Part shown: positions 27,935 to 37,292 of the stretch, one piece after another | Layout of the letters: every line of letters begins with the position of its first letter | Numbering within the stretch: position 1 is the first letter of the stretch | NCBI GenBank assembly: GCA_021820465.1 | Contig: JAKADP010000004.1 | Coordinates: forward strand, 11,319-75,318 | DNA length: 64,000 bases | Origin: Bacillota bacterium | Lineage (GTDB): Bacteria > Bacillota > Sulfobacillia > Sulfobacillales > JAIMBI01 | Direction: 5' to 3' | Notes under the pieces: generated by a model | What the model was told of the DNA's origin: nothing | The model's input: only the letters and a program-made list of their open reading frames with translations | Database searches by the model: none | Translations under genes and position numbers: made by a program

Positions 27935-28408
27935 TTGGCCGTTTTACACCACGACTCCGGACACCATCCAGAGGGGGTTGGGGGGGCCAAGAACACGAGT
28001 CGCTTGACGATTCAGGCTCCCGCCAGCAAAGTGTGGGCGGCGCTCACAGAGCCGGCACTCGTCAAGCAGTGGCAATATGGGAGCGATCTCGTGACGGATT
28101 GGTCCGAGGGGAATGCCATTCGTTGCCACAGCGAATGGCAGGGGCGAGTATGCGAGCAATGGGGCAAGGTCCAAGCCGTAGTTCCCTGTCAGCGGATCCA
28201 GGACTCCCTGTTTGCCCCACAGCCGGGACTGGAAGACCGCCCGGCAAACTACTTTGTGATGACGTATACGCTCGACGAACAGCATGGCGTGACCACCCTC
28301 ACGATTGACATGGACGACAGTCGGCCGGCGGCCGGCGGCGCTGACCCGGCAGACGAAGGCGGTCAGGCGGTCTTGAGGGCACTCAAGGCTACTGCAGAAT
28401 CTCTATAG
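27935..28408 (+). CDS. SRPBCC/AHSA1-family protein
   Basis: LTIQAPASKVWAALTEPALVKQWQYG... is the typical AHSA1/SRPBCC N-terminus. The start (TTG 27935) is uncertain. Confidence 0.7.
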   Translation: MAVLHHDSGHHPEGVGGAKNTSRLTIQAPASKVWAALTEPALVKQWQYGSDLVTDWSEGNAIRCHSEWQGRVCEQWGKVQAVVPCQRIQDSLFAPQPGLEDRPANYFVMTYTLDEQHGVTTLTIDMDDSRPAAGGADPADEGGQAVLRALKATAESL

Positions 28409-28595
28409 AGCCCACCAGCGCCCACGGGGCGTTCCCCGCAGCGGGTGGAAAACCCGGAGACCATCTTCCTGAGAGGATTTCAGCGGAGGGTGGGAGCGTG
28501 GAACGGCGCGACGCTGGGGTACCGATGCCCCGCGACTCCGCCCTGGGCGCTTTACCGATGGCGGACATAGGATACTATCAACGACGGCGGATGGC

Positions 28596-29158
28596 GTGGG
28601 AGGGATGGCCCTGTCGAACAGAGAGCGCGGCGCGCGCCGTCTCGCTTGGGCGCGCGCGGGTGCCTTGGCCGTCTTGCTGGCCGGATGCGGGCTGTTCAGT
28701 AGCGCTCCGTCACAGCCCGCACACCACCATCTGACAGCTGGCCCCCCGGGGCCGTGCGTCCTTCGAAGGCAACCGTGTCAGACATCGTACCCAAGGCGCT
28801 CCGCGGGCTCCACATGACCATCATTCGCTGGGCTCACGCACCGCCGGAGGTGCTGGCGCTAATCGAAGGCCAGTGGACCCGCACCGGCTTGCCCACCACT
28901 TGTCCAGTGGAGCGCCTGGCCGGCAGGACCGTCCGATTCACCGTAGCACCGGGCACAGGCGCAGTCACCACCGCCGGCCAGGCGCTCCCGACGGCCCCGG
29001 GCACCACGCTCGTGGGTGTCCCTGACGACTTGGGTGGTTACGGTGCCCGAGCACCCTGCAGGATGGCCCCGCTTCGCTCCTGTCCGCGCGACGGCAGGCC
29101 CTCCGCTAGCTGGACCCGCTGCTTCGGAGTGCCGTCGGCACATAGACATAGACCGTGA
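28596..29158 (+). pseudogene. putative lipoprotein gene split by a frameshift (or sequencing error) near a C6G4 run
   Basis: Frame A encodes a signal peptide plus lipobox (ALAVLLAGCG) and stops at 28817. Frame B is open from 28703 to 29158 with coding-like third positions. The homopolymer lies at 28742-28751. Confidence 0.35.
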
Positions 29159-29930
29159 GCTCGCACACGGGCCGAAATCCGAGCTGCTCGCAGACGGGTG
29201 CCGACGTGGTTTTGACCGCCTGGATCAGGGCGGCCGAACATCCGCGGGCTGCCCCGGCGCGCAGGCGGGCGGCCACCATGGCGCGGTAGATGCCCCGGTG
29301 GCGATATTCCTCCAAGGTAGCCGATCCGCCCAGCAACATGACCTGCCCATCGGGATGAAAGAGGACTTCGGACCACCCCACGGGGTCGGCGCGGCCCTCG
29401 ATGTACGCGAAGTAAACCTCCCCGGCCGCTCCGAAGGAGGTGTAGAAGCGGTTCACCGCGGCCATGGCCTCCGGTGTCATTCCAAACCCAAACGACTGCG
29501 CCATCATGTCCACCTGCGCGGCGGCGGCGGCCCATGTGCTGCGCTCGACCCGAACGGTCGGAGGGGCGGCGATGGGGCGGGTGATGTCCTCCAGGACCAT
29601 GCCCCACATGGCCTGGCTGTCCTCGCGGTAGAGGCCGTGCCGGCCGAGGCGGTCGGCCAGGTCCGACGGGGTGCTGGTGGGCCCGACGACCCAGCCCATG
29701 AGGCGGCCGGCCTGCTCGTAGGTGTCCACCACGCTGGCGATGCGCGCATCGGCCTCCTCGGAGGTTAGGTGTGCCAGTCCGACTAAATTCAGGAGCGGAG
29801 ACTGGAGCGGCGTGCAGCGGGCCCGCACGCCGGGAAGGTCAAGCGGCCACATGTCAGAGGATGCGTGCAGATCGAAGCCGATTCCCGCAAACGTTTCGTC
29901 AAGGCGGCGCAGCAGGTAGTCTCTCTCCAC
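29106..29930 (-). CDS. GNAT family N-acetyltransferase
   Basis: C-terminal acetyl-CoA-binding region (…EEYRHRGIYRAMVAARL…). Length 274 aa. Confidence 0.75.
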   Translation of the reverse strand: MERDYLLRRLDETFAGIGFDLHASSDMWPLDLPGVRARCTPLQSPLLNLVGLAHLTSEEADARIASVVDTYEQAGRLMGWVVGPTSTPSDLADRLGRHGLYREDSQAMWGMVLEDITRPIAAPPTVRVERSTWAAAAAQVDMMAQSFGFGMTPEAMAAVNRFYTSFGAAGEVYFAYIEGRADPVGWSEVLFHPDGQVMLLGGSATLEEYRHRGIYRAMVAARLRAGAARGCSAALIQAVKTTSAPVCEQLGFRPVCELTVYVYVPTALRSSGSS

Positions 29931-30107
29931 GGACGATCGTACTCCTTTGCAGGAATGCGGCGTGCTGGCTCGGGGTTATTCGCATCCAGCCGCCCAGCGC
30001 AGTGTAAAGAATGGGAATCTGTAGCACAAGCGTTGTCCTGCGGCGCCCCGCTGGCGCGTCGCTCCGTGCACGGCGGCAGCGGACCGGCTATCCGTTACAC
30101 TGAGGAC

Positions 30108-31496
30108 ATGACCCTCCTGAAACGAATGCGGCTGTGGCTGGCCCTCGTGGCCGTGCGCGCGCTGGTGGCCATATTGCGGAGACTGTCTCGGGGCGGGGGC
30201 ACCTTGCCAGGCCGTGTCGGCTTGGCCCTGGCGCCGGAGCTGCTGACGACCTTGGCGCGCCGGCTGCCGCGGGGCGTGGTCATGGTCACGGGCACCAACG
30301 GCAAAACCACCAGTGCGCATCTCTTGGGTGAGATTCTGACGGGCGCGGGCTTGGCCGTGGTCCGCAATGACAGTGGTGCCAACTTGGCCAGCGGGCTCGC
30401 CACCGCCCTCGCCGTCAACCGACGGGCCGACGTGGCCGTCCTGGAAACTGACGAGGCGACCGTGCCGCGGGTGGCAGCCGCACTGCGGCCCGAGGTCGTA
30501 GCGGTGTCCAACTTCTTTCGGGATCAGCTGGACCGCTATGGCGAGCTCAGCACCACGGTGGACCACGTGCGGCGGGGCTTGGCGCACGTCTCGCCCTCCG
30601 GCGTGGCCGTGCTCAACGCCGACGACCCGAATGTGGCCAACCTGGCGGCGGCGGGGCGCGCCGTGTACTTTGGCCTCTCGGGGCCCGGCGCCTCGGCGGG
30701 TGCCAGCGGCGCCGAGAATGCCGACGTGCGACGTTGCCCGGCGTGCGGGGGCGTGCTTGTGTACGATGTTTGCCAATACGCCCACCTGGGGTCGTACGTG
30801 TGCACGGCGTGCGGGTTCCGGCGGCCCCCCCCCGACTTGGCGGTGGCCGTGCATCCCCACTCCGACGGGCAAGAGCTGGAAATGGCGTGGCACGGGGTGC
30901 ACTGGCGCGTCCCGCTGTCGCTGCCAGGCCGCTACAATGCCTACAATGCGGCGCTGGCCGCGCTGGCCGCTTTGACCTTGGGCGTCGCGCCCGACGATGT
31001 GGCTCGGGGCCTTGCGGGAGCCGGGGCGTCGTTTGGGCGCATGGAGGCGTTGGTGTGGCACGGTGTGGACGTGCGCCTCGCGCTGGTGAAAAATCCGGCC
31101 GGCTTCAATCAGGTGCTGGAGACGGTGGCTGAGGACGGCCGCCCCAAGGACGCGGTGATGTTGGTCAACGACCGCTACGCCGACGGGCGCGACGTGTCAT
31201 GGCTGTGGGACGTGGACTTCGAGGGTCTCATCCCCCGAACGGGGATCGACCGAATCTGGACGGGAGGCACGCGCGGGCGGGACATGGCCGTGCGGCTGAA
31301 GTACGCCGGGCTGCCGGCGGGCCGGGTGCTGATGGTTCCCGGTCCGCCGGCGGCCGTGCTGGCGGCCGCGGTGGCCCCCGAAGGCGAGGCCGCGCCGGGG
31401 CGGCGGCTCTACGTGTTGCCCACCTACACGGCGCTGCTGGCTGTGCGGCAGCGATTGGCCGCGGAAGGAGTGGTGCGCCATTTCCGGGAAGGGTGA
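30108..31496 (+). CDS. murT: Mur-ligase-family lipid II isoglutaminyl synthase subunit MurT
   Basis: Trimmed to MTLLKRM. VTGTNGKTTS P-loop, the MurT-specific four-Cys ribbon CPACGG...CTACGF, and a C-terminal DUF1727-like region. Confidence 0.85.
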   Translation: MTLLKRMRLWLALVAVRALVAILRRLSRGGGTLPGRVGLALAPELLTTLARRLPRGVVMVTGTNGKTTSAHLLGEILTGAGLAVVRNDSGANLASGLATALAVNRRADVAVLETDEATVPRVAAALRPEVVAVSNFFRDQLDRYGELSTTVDHVRRGLAHVSPSGVAVLNADDPNVANLAAAGRAVYFGLSGPGASAGASGAENADVRRCPACGGVLVYDVCQYAHLGSYVCTACGFRRPPPDLAVAVHPHSDGQELEMAWHGVHWRVPLSLPGRYNAYNAALAALAALTLGVAPDDVARGLAGAGASFGRMEALVWHGVDVRLALVKNPAGFNQVLETVAEDGRPKDAVMLVNDRYADGRDVSWLWDVDFEGLIPRTGIDRIWTGGTRGRDMAVRLKYAGLPAGRVLMVPGPPAAVLAAAVAPEGEAAPGRRLYVLPTYTALLAVRQRLAAEGVVRHFREG

Positions 31497-31521
31497 GCGG
31501 GGGGCCGCGGGGGCCAATCCT

Positions 31522-33387
31522 GTGGTGTTTGGCACGGCGGGGCACATTGACCACGGCAAGACGACGCTGGTGCGCGCGCTGACCGGCCGAGACACAGACC
31601 GCCTGCCGGAGGAAAAGCGGCGGGGCATCTCGATCGATCTGGGCTTTGCGCCGCTCACGCTTCCGTCCGGCCGGCGCGCCGCGTTTGTGGACGTTCCGGG
31701 CCACGAGCGCTTCATTCGCAACATGGTGGCCGGGGTGCACGGCATGGACGCGGTGGTGCTCGTGGTGGCCGCGACCGAGGGCGTGATGCCGCAAACCGTG
31801 GAGCACCTGGCTATTCTGGACTTTCTCGGGGTCACCGAGGGAATCGTGGTGCTCACGAAGGCCGACGCGGTCGACGCGGAGTGGCTCGAGCTGGTCGCCA
31901 GCGACACGCGGGCCACGCTGCGAGACAGCTTTTTGGGAGCAGCCCCCATCCTGAGGGTGGGCACCCCCACCGGGCAGGGAATCCCCGAAGTGCTCGAGGC
32001 GCTGGATCGTGTGGCTTCAGCCGTTCGGCCGCGGGATGCGGGCGGAGTGCTGCGCCTGCCGGTGGACCGGGTGTTTGCGGTGCGAGGCTTTGGCACCGTG
32101 GTGACCGGCACCCTCACCCGCGGGACGATCCGGACCGAGGAGGCGGTCGAGCTGGCACCGGGGGGGCCGCGGGCCCGCGTGCGGGGCTTGGAGTCCCACG
32201 GGGAGGCCGTGGCGGCCGCCATGGCCGGGCAGCGCGTGGCGGTGAATCTGTCGGGCGTGGACCGCGCGCGCGTGGTGCGAGGCCAGGTGCTGACCCACCC
32301 GGGCCAGCTGGAGCCTGTGACCGTGGCGGCCGTGCGGCTCGCCCTGCTGCCCTGGGCGCCCCCCTTGAAGCACCGGGCGCGGGTGCACACCTACGTAGGC
32401 ACGGCCGAGGCACTGGCTCGCGTGTACTTTTGGGATCGGGACGAACTGGCGCCCGGCAGCCAGGCGTGGGCGGAACTGCGCTGGGAGGCCCCGGTCGTGC
32501 TGCAGCGCGCGGATCGGGTGCTGGTGCGCACCTACAGTCCGGTAGTGACCGCCGGCGGGGGCGTCGTGGCCGAGGTGGGCATGCATCACCGGCGGCGAGA
32601 GCCCAACCTTCTGGCTCGACTGGACCGGGAGCTCGCGGGCGACCCGCTGACGCTGCTGGCCGAACGGTTGGCCGCGCGCCAGGCGCCGCTGGCGCTGGAG
32701 CAGGCGGCCCGGCAGGTGGGCATGCCCGCCGACGAGCTGGCGCAGCGGCTGGCGGGCCGGCCGGACGTTTGCCTCTTGGCGGGCCACTGGGCGTGGTCGC
32801 CCGCCGCCGCCCGCCGCGTGGCCGACCGCGTGCGGGAGGTGGTGGACGCCTATCACCGGGAGCATCCACTGCGGGCGGGCTGGCCGCGCGAGCGCCAGAA
32901 GCAGGAGTTTCCTGAATGGGATGGCCGGCTGTTTGGCCAGTGGGTGGCCGCGATCGACGGCCTGGTGGTTGTGGGCGACGTGGTGCGCCGGGCGGACTTC
33001 CGCGTGGAGCTGTCCGAGGACCAGGCGGCGTGGCGGGAAGCCATTCAAGACACCGTCCGCCGGCGGGGGCTGGAGCCCCTCGACCTCCCCGGGGTTCTCG
33101 CCGCGGTAGGGGTCCCGGAAGACACCGGGCACGATTTGGTCCAGTGGATGGTGGCACAGGGGGACCTCGTGCGGCTGGCGGACCAGCTGCTGGTCGATGG
33201 CGCGGTTTATGCGGCGGCGGTCCGAGCCGTCGCCGGAGCCATCGCGCGCGAGGGACCCCTGGGCACCGCGGCGCTGCGCGACGTGTTGGGCACGACGCGA
33301 AAATATGCGGTGCCGCTGCTGGAACACATGGATGAGGCGCGCGTGACGCGCCGGGAAGGGGACGTGAGGGTCTTGGTGCAGTCATGA
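31522..33387 (+). CDS. selB: selenocysteine-specific translation elongation factor SelB
   Basis: G1 GHIDHGKTT, G3 DVPGHERF and G4 LTKAD. The C-terminal winged-helix tail ...RKYAVPLLEHMDEARVTRREGDVRVL is typical of SelB. Confidence 0.9.
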   Translation: MVFGTAGHIDHGKTTLVRALTGRDTDRLPEEKRRGISIDLGFAPLTLPSGRRAAFVDVPGHERFIRNMVAGVHGMDAVVLVVAATEGVMPQTVEHLAILDFLGVTEGIVVLTKADAVDAEWLELVASDTRATLRDSFLGAAPILRVGTPTGQGIPEVLEALDRVASAVRPRDAGGVLRLPVDRVFAVRGFGTVVTGTLTRGTIRTEEAVELAPGGPRARVRGLESHGEAVAAAMAGQRVAVNLSGVDRARVVRGQVLTHPGQLEPVTVAAVRLALLPWAPPLKHRARVHTYVGTAEALARVYFWDRDELAPGSQAWAELRWEAPVVLQRADRVLVRTYSPVVTAGGGVVAEVGMHHRRREPNLLARLDRELAGDPLTLLAERLAARQAPLALEQAARQVGMPADELAQRLAGRPDVCLLAGHWAWSPAAARRVADRVREVVDAYHREHPLRAGWPRERQKQEFPEWDGRLFGQWVAAIDGLVVVGDVVRRADFRVELSEDQAAWREAIQDTVRRRGLEPLDLPGVLAAVGVPEDTGHDLVQWMVAQGDLVRLADQLLVDGAVYAAAVRAVAGAIAREGPLGTAALRDVLGTTRKYAVPLLEHMDEARVTRREGDVRVLVQS

Positions 33388-34094
33388 ATCCTCGCCGAGT
33401 GGAGGTGGCCTGGGCCAAAATGCCCAAGGGCGCTCTGGGGGAAAGCGGCGACACCATTGAGCTGGTGGAGCGCCCCCTGGGCGGCCTGTCGCTGATTTTG
33501 GCCGACGGCCAGGGATCGGGGCCGGCGGCGCGCCGCATCGCTCGCCTGGTGGCGATGAAGGCGGTCAGCCTCCTGGCGGACGGCAGTCGCGACGGGGCGG
33601 TGGCGCGCGCGGTGCAGGACATGCTCTACACGGCCCGCGAAGGGCGCGTCACTGCGACGCTGGCCATCCTCTCCGCTGACCTGCACACCGCGAGCGCGGT
33701 GATCGCCCGCAACTCGCCGTGTCCCGTGGTGGTTCGGCAGGAAGGGGTGGTGTTTCGCATCGAGGGCGGCGCCGAGGTTATTGGCACCTACCGCCGGACA
33801 CGCCCGGCCATCACAGAACTGCCGCTGGTGCCCGATTTGGTGGTGGCCACCTACTCCGACGGGATCGTGCACGCAGGGCGCCAGTGGGGCAAGTCGCTGG
33901 ACTGGGACGCGCTGGACGAAGAACTGCTGGCGCTGGATGTCGTGCACCTGGGCACGTGGGTCCAGTCGGTCTTGGACCGGGCGCTGGCGCTGGATCGTGG
34001 GCGGCCGGGGGACGACATGAGCGTGATGGCTTTTGGATTGGTGGAAGATGAGCGCCCGCCGCTGCGCTGGCTGCGCGCCAGCATCCCGTCATGA
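33384..34094 (+). CDS. RsbX/SpoIIE-like PP2C (PPM) serine phosphatase, stand-alone domain
   Basis: ATGA overlap with the selB stop. ...GESGDTIE...LILADGQGSGPAA... and ...TYSDGIVHAG... resemble RsbX-type PPM phosphatases. Confidence 0.7.
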   Translation: MNPRRVEVAWAKMPKGALGESGDTIELVERPLGGLSLILADGQGSGPAARRIARLVAMKAVSLLADGSRDGAVARAVQDMLYTAREGRVTATLAILSADLHTASAVIARNSPCPVVVRQEGVVFRIEGGAEVIGTYRRTRPAITELPLVPDLVVATYSDGIVHAGRQWGKSLDWDALDEELLALDVVHLGTWVQSVLDRALALDRGRPGDDMSVMAFGLVEDERPPLRWLRASIPS

Positions 34095-34510
34095 CGGGCA
34101 TGCTGCGCCGAGCGGCCCCAGGTGCGTGCGCCGCGGCCAGCCGCGGCGCCATCGTGGTGGTGGGGCCGTGCGCGGCGGGAAAAACCACCCTCGTTCAGCA
34201 TTTGGCGCAGGTCGGAGTGCCCGCCCGGGCGCTGGCCCAGGAGCACTCGGTGGTGCCGACCTTGTTTCTTCGCTATCCCGGCGCTGGTCTGGTCTATCTT
34301 ACGGCTGAGTGGACTGTGCTGCGGCGCCGCCGGCCTCACACCGGCGGCTGGCCCCAGTACGCCGCGGAGATGCGGATCCTGCAGCAAGCGCGGGCGGCCG
34401 CGCAGCTGGTGGTGCACACCGACAGCCGGACCCCGGATGCGGTGGCGGAGCTGGTGCTTTCGTGGTGGCAGCACCGCGGGCGGACCGCGGCACCATCTAC
34501 TCGGGTTTGA
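34091..34510 (+). CDS. mini P-loop NTPase/kinase-like protein (139 aa)
   Basis: ATGA overlap with the phosphatase stop. Walker A VVGPCAAGKTTL. No further family recognised. Confidence 0.55.
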   Translation: MTGMLRRAAPGACAAASRGAIVVVGPCAAGKTTLVQHLAQVGVPARALAQEHSVVPTLFLRYPGAGLVYLTAEWTVLRRRRPHTGGWPQYAAEMRILQQARAAAQLVVHTDSRTPDAVAELVLSWWQHRGRTAAPSTRV

Positions 34511-34537
34511 CGCTCTAGGCATGCCTCGAGATATAAT
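34507..34537 (+). promoter_or_regulatory. possible secDF promoter (TTGACG-19 nt-TATAAT)
   Basis: -35 at 34507-34512 (overlapping the upstream stop codon) and -10 at 34532-34537. The spacer is longer than optimal. Confidence 0.35.
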
Positions 34538-34564
34538 GGGACGAATTTTGCGGGGGGGCTTGCC

Positions 34565-35794
34565 ATGCGGCGCGCAGGCTATTGGCTAATTGCGCTGGTC
34601 GTGCTCATCGGAGCGGCCGGCTATTATTTTGGTGCCGTGAAGCCCATTACGAATCAGCTGCACTTTGGCTTGGACTTTGTGGGCGGGGTGAGCGCGGAAT
34701 TTCAGGCAGAGCCGACGCCAGGGGCGCCGGTCAATGCCACGAGCATGCAGCGAACGCTCACTATCATGCGGCTCAGAACCAACCAGCTCGGTGTGAGCGA
34801 TCCGGTCCTCCAGCAAGTGGGCCCGAACCGGATCCAGGCTCAGCTGCCGGGAGTGAAGAACCAGGAGCAGGCCCTGAAATATCTGGGCGAGACCGCACTG
34901 CTGCAAATCAAGACGCCGCATGGACACCACGTGCTGTTGAGCGGAAGCGAACTGACATCGGCTCAAGCCGCGACCACGGCCCCGTCTGCCAGCAATCCGA
35001 GCGGCATTGTCATCAACTTGACCTTCAACGCCCGGGGCACGAAGGCCTTTGCGGCTGCAAGTGCCAAGTACTTGCACCAGCCGCTGCCCATCTATTTGAA
35101 CAACAAGCTGATTGAGGCCCCGACCATTCAGTCCGTGATTCCCAATGGGCAGGCGCAGCTGTCGGGAGGCTTCGCCAACCTGCAGGCCGCCCAGCGCACG
35201 GCCAATCTGCTGATGTCGGGGGCCCTGCCGGTGCGGCTCAATGTGCTGGATGTGCGCACCGTCAGTGCCACGCTGGGCCAGCAGTCCATTCAGGACAGCA
35301 AGATCGCGGGGGCGCTGGCTCTGGCGCTCATCGGGATTTTTCTAATTATCTGGTACAGACTCGCGGGCCTGCTGGCAGACATTGCGTTGGGGGTCTATGT
35401 GTTTTTGCTGGTGGGGGCGATGGCGCTCTTGGGAGCTACGCTCACGCTGCCGGGCGTGGCCGGGATGATTTTGTCGGCCGGCATGGCGGTGGACGCGAAC
35501 GTCATCATCTTCTCGCGCGTGCGTGAAGAAATTGTCGGGGGCAAAACCCCGCGCGCCGCGGTGGAAGTGGGGATGCGGCATGCATTTCGGGCCATCATCG
35601 ACTCACACTCCACCACCTTCCTAGCCGGGGCCATTCTGTTCTTCCTCGGTTCGGGCGAAGTCAAGGGATTTGCCATCACGCTCATGGTGGGCAACGTTAT
35701 CTCGCTGTTCACAGCGGTCTTCCTGACGCGGAGCTTTATTCGGCTGGCCGCCGACGCTGGCTGGGCGAAGGTCCGGGCCGTCTTTGTTGGCTAG
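34565..35794 (+). CDS. secD: protein translocase subunit SecD
   Basis: N-terminal TM, a large periplasmic-type domain, and a C-terminal 5-TM block (…AGMILSAGMAVDANVIIFSRVREE…). Confidence 0.9.
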   Translation: MRRAGYWLIALVVLIGAAGYYFGAVKPITNQLHFGLDFVGGVSAEFQAEPTPGAPVNATSMQRTLTIMRLRTNQLGVSDPVLQQVGPNRIQAQLPGVKNQEQALKYLGETALLQIKTPHGHHVLLSGSELTSAQAATTAPSASNPSGIVINLTFNARGTKAFAAASAKYLHQPLPIYLNNKLIEAPTIQSVIPNGQAQLSGGFANLQAAQRTANLLMSGALPVRLNVLDVRTVSATLGQQSIQDSKIAGALALALIGIFLIIWYRLAGLLADIALGVYVFLLVGAMALLGATLTLPGVAGMILSAGMAVDANVIIFSRVREEIVGGKTPRAAVEVGMRHAFRAIIDSHSTTFLAGAILFFLGSGEVKGFAITLMVGNVISLFTAVFLTRSFIRLAADAGWAKVRAVFVG

Positions 35795-35816
35795 AGCCGG
35801 GGAAGGGGGAGGCGCC

Positions 35817-36713
35817 ATGCGCTTTCACTTTGAGTTTGTCAAGCACTGGCGCACGTGGTTTGCCCTGTCCGCCATCCTGATGCTGGTGGCGTTGTTTGGC
35901 ATCTTCGTGCGCGGCTTGAACTATGGAATTGACTTCACCGGCGGCACGCAGATGGACTTGCGGTTTCACCAAACCGTCACCTCGACGCAGCTCCGGGTGC
36001 CTTTGAGCCAGTATCACCTCAGCGGCAACAGCACGATCGTGTTTGTCGGATCCGGCCACCGGGAGGTCCTCATCACGACCCCCACCATTTCGGAGCAGAC
36101 CCGCACCGGCTTGCTGGCCGCGTTTAAGACGCGGGTGGGGCCGTTTACCGCAGTCGGCACCAGCCGGGTGTCGTCGGTCATCGGCCAGCAGACCGAGCAG
36201 ACGGCGCTGCTGGCGGTGCTCATTGCCGTGGTGGGCATCATCCTCTACATCGGCATTCGCTTTGAATTTCGATTCGCGATGGCCGCCATTATTTCCCTGG
36301 TGCATACGGTGGTGATTGCCGTGGGGATCGTCGCACTGATTCACATTAGCCTGACGCAGTATTTTGTCATGGCTGTGCTCACGGTCTTTGGCTACGCCAT
36401 CAGTGACACGATCATCATTTTCGACCGCATCCGAGAGAATCTCCGCCAGCGGAAGCGCGGCGAGCCGCTTGAGGAGCTGGTCAACAAGAGCCTTAACCAG
36501 GTGCTGGTGCGGTCCATCAACACGTCGAGCACCGTGATTTTCGCCCTGCTGGCCATTTTGGTGTTTGGCGGGTCCACCATTCGGGACTTTGCGCTCACCA
36601 TGTTGCTGGGGGTGCTGTTTGGAACCTACTCGTCGATTTTCATCGCGAGTCCCATTTGGCTCTTGTGGCGCAACAAGACCGTGCCGACGCCGCGCAAGAC
36701 GCGCGCGGCGTAG
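35817..36713 (+). CDS. secF: protein translocase subunit SecF
   Basis: Trimmed to MRFHFEFVKHWR after a GGGGGAGG SD. YGIDFTGGT and ...ISDTIIIFDRIRE... motifs. Confidence 0.9.
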   Translation: MRFHFEFVKHWRTWFALSAILMLVALFGIFVRGLNYGIDFTGGTQMDLRFHQTVTSTQLRVPLSQYHLSGNSTIVFVGSGHREVLITTPTISEQTRTGLLAAFKTRVGPFTAVGTSRVSSVIGQQTEQTALLAVLIAVVGIILYIGIRFEFRFAMAAIISLVHTVVIAVGIVALIHISLTQYFVMAVLTVFGYAISDTIIIFDRIRENLRQRKRGEPLEELVNKSLNQVLVRSINTSSTVIFALLAILVFGGSTIRDFALTMLLGVLFGTYSSIFIASPIWLLWRNKTVPTPRKTRAA

Positions 36714-36872
36714 CCACCGGGGCGCTCCGTGGCGCAGGGCCTCCTGCATGGCCGTGGGCGTGACGGGGAATGATCGATCGCGCGATGCGGGCGCCGCACG
36801 GGCCCATCCGACACCACGAAGGGCGGGAGGGGGTGGGGATGGCTGTCTCCCCTTTATGAAGCTGCCACCGGG

Positions 36873-37253
36873 GTGCTGGTTGCGCTGGCTCTCGTGGCCG
36901 ACGCGCCCTGGCTGATCGGGTTCGCCGCCGTGTCGGTGCTGGTGGGCCCCATCAGGTGGAGTGGGGCCGTGGCGGCCAGCCTCGTGGCGATGGGTGAGCT
37001 TCTGGCGCCAAAGGTGTTGCCTCATGACGCGGAGCGCGCCGCTTGGGTGCGCGTCCGCACCGCACTGTGGGGGCTGGCCGCCATGGCCGTGGCCTTTGGA
37101 GCGACTGTGGGAGCCGGGGCCTGGTGGATTGGGCCCGGCTACGGCGTCCGAGGGGATGTCGCACCGGCCCGCCGCGCCATGATGCGGATGGCGTTGGTCC
37201 GCGTGGGCCGGGCCGCCATCGGGCTCGGGCTGGTGTACCTGACTCCCCGATGA
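36873..37253 (+). CDS. hypothetical multi-TM membrane protein
   Basis: G/C-rich third positions and 3-4 hydrophobic segments. GTG start without a convincing SD. Confidence 0.4.
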   Translation: MLVALALVADAPWLIGFAAVSVLVGPIRWSGAVAASLVAMGELLAPKVLPHDAERAAWVRVRTALWGLAAMAVAFGATVGAGAWWIGPGYGVRGDVAPARRAMMRMALVRVGRAAIGLGLVYLTPR

Positions 37254-37292
37254 CCCGGCCCGCCCGTGATAGACTCACTCCGGGGGGAGCCC

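Noticed and set aside
27823-28020. Near-repeat CTTGACGCCATTCAGGC (about 27823) versus CTTGACGATTCAGGC (about 28001), considered as a partial duplication of the SRPBCC gene 5' end.
   Set aside because: Only about 15 nt match, with an indel, and the flanks are unrelated. This is consistent with chance.
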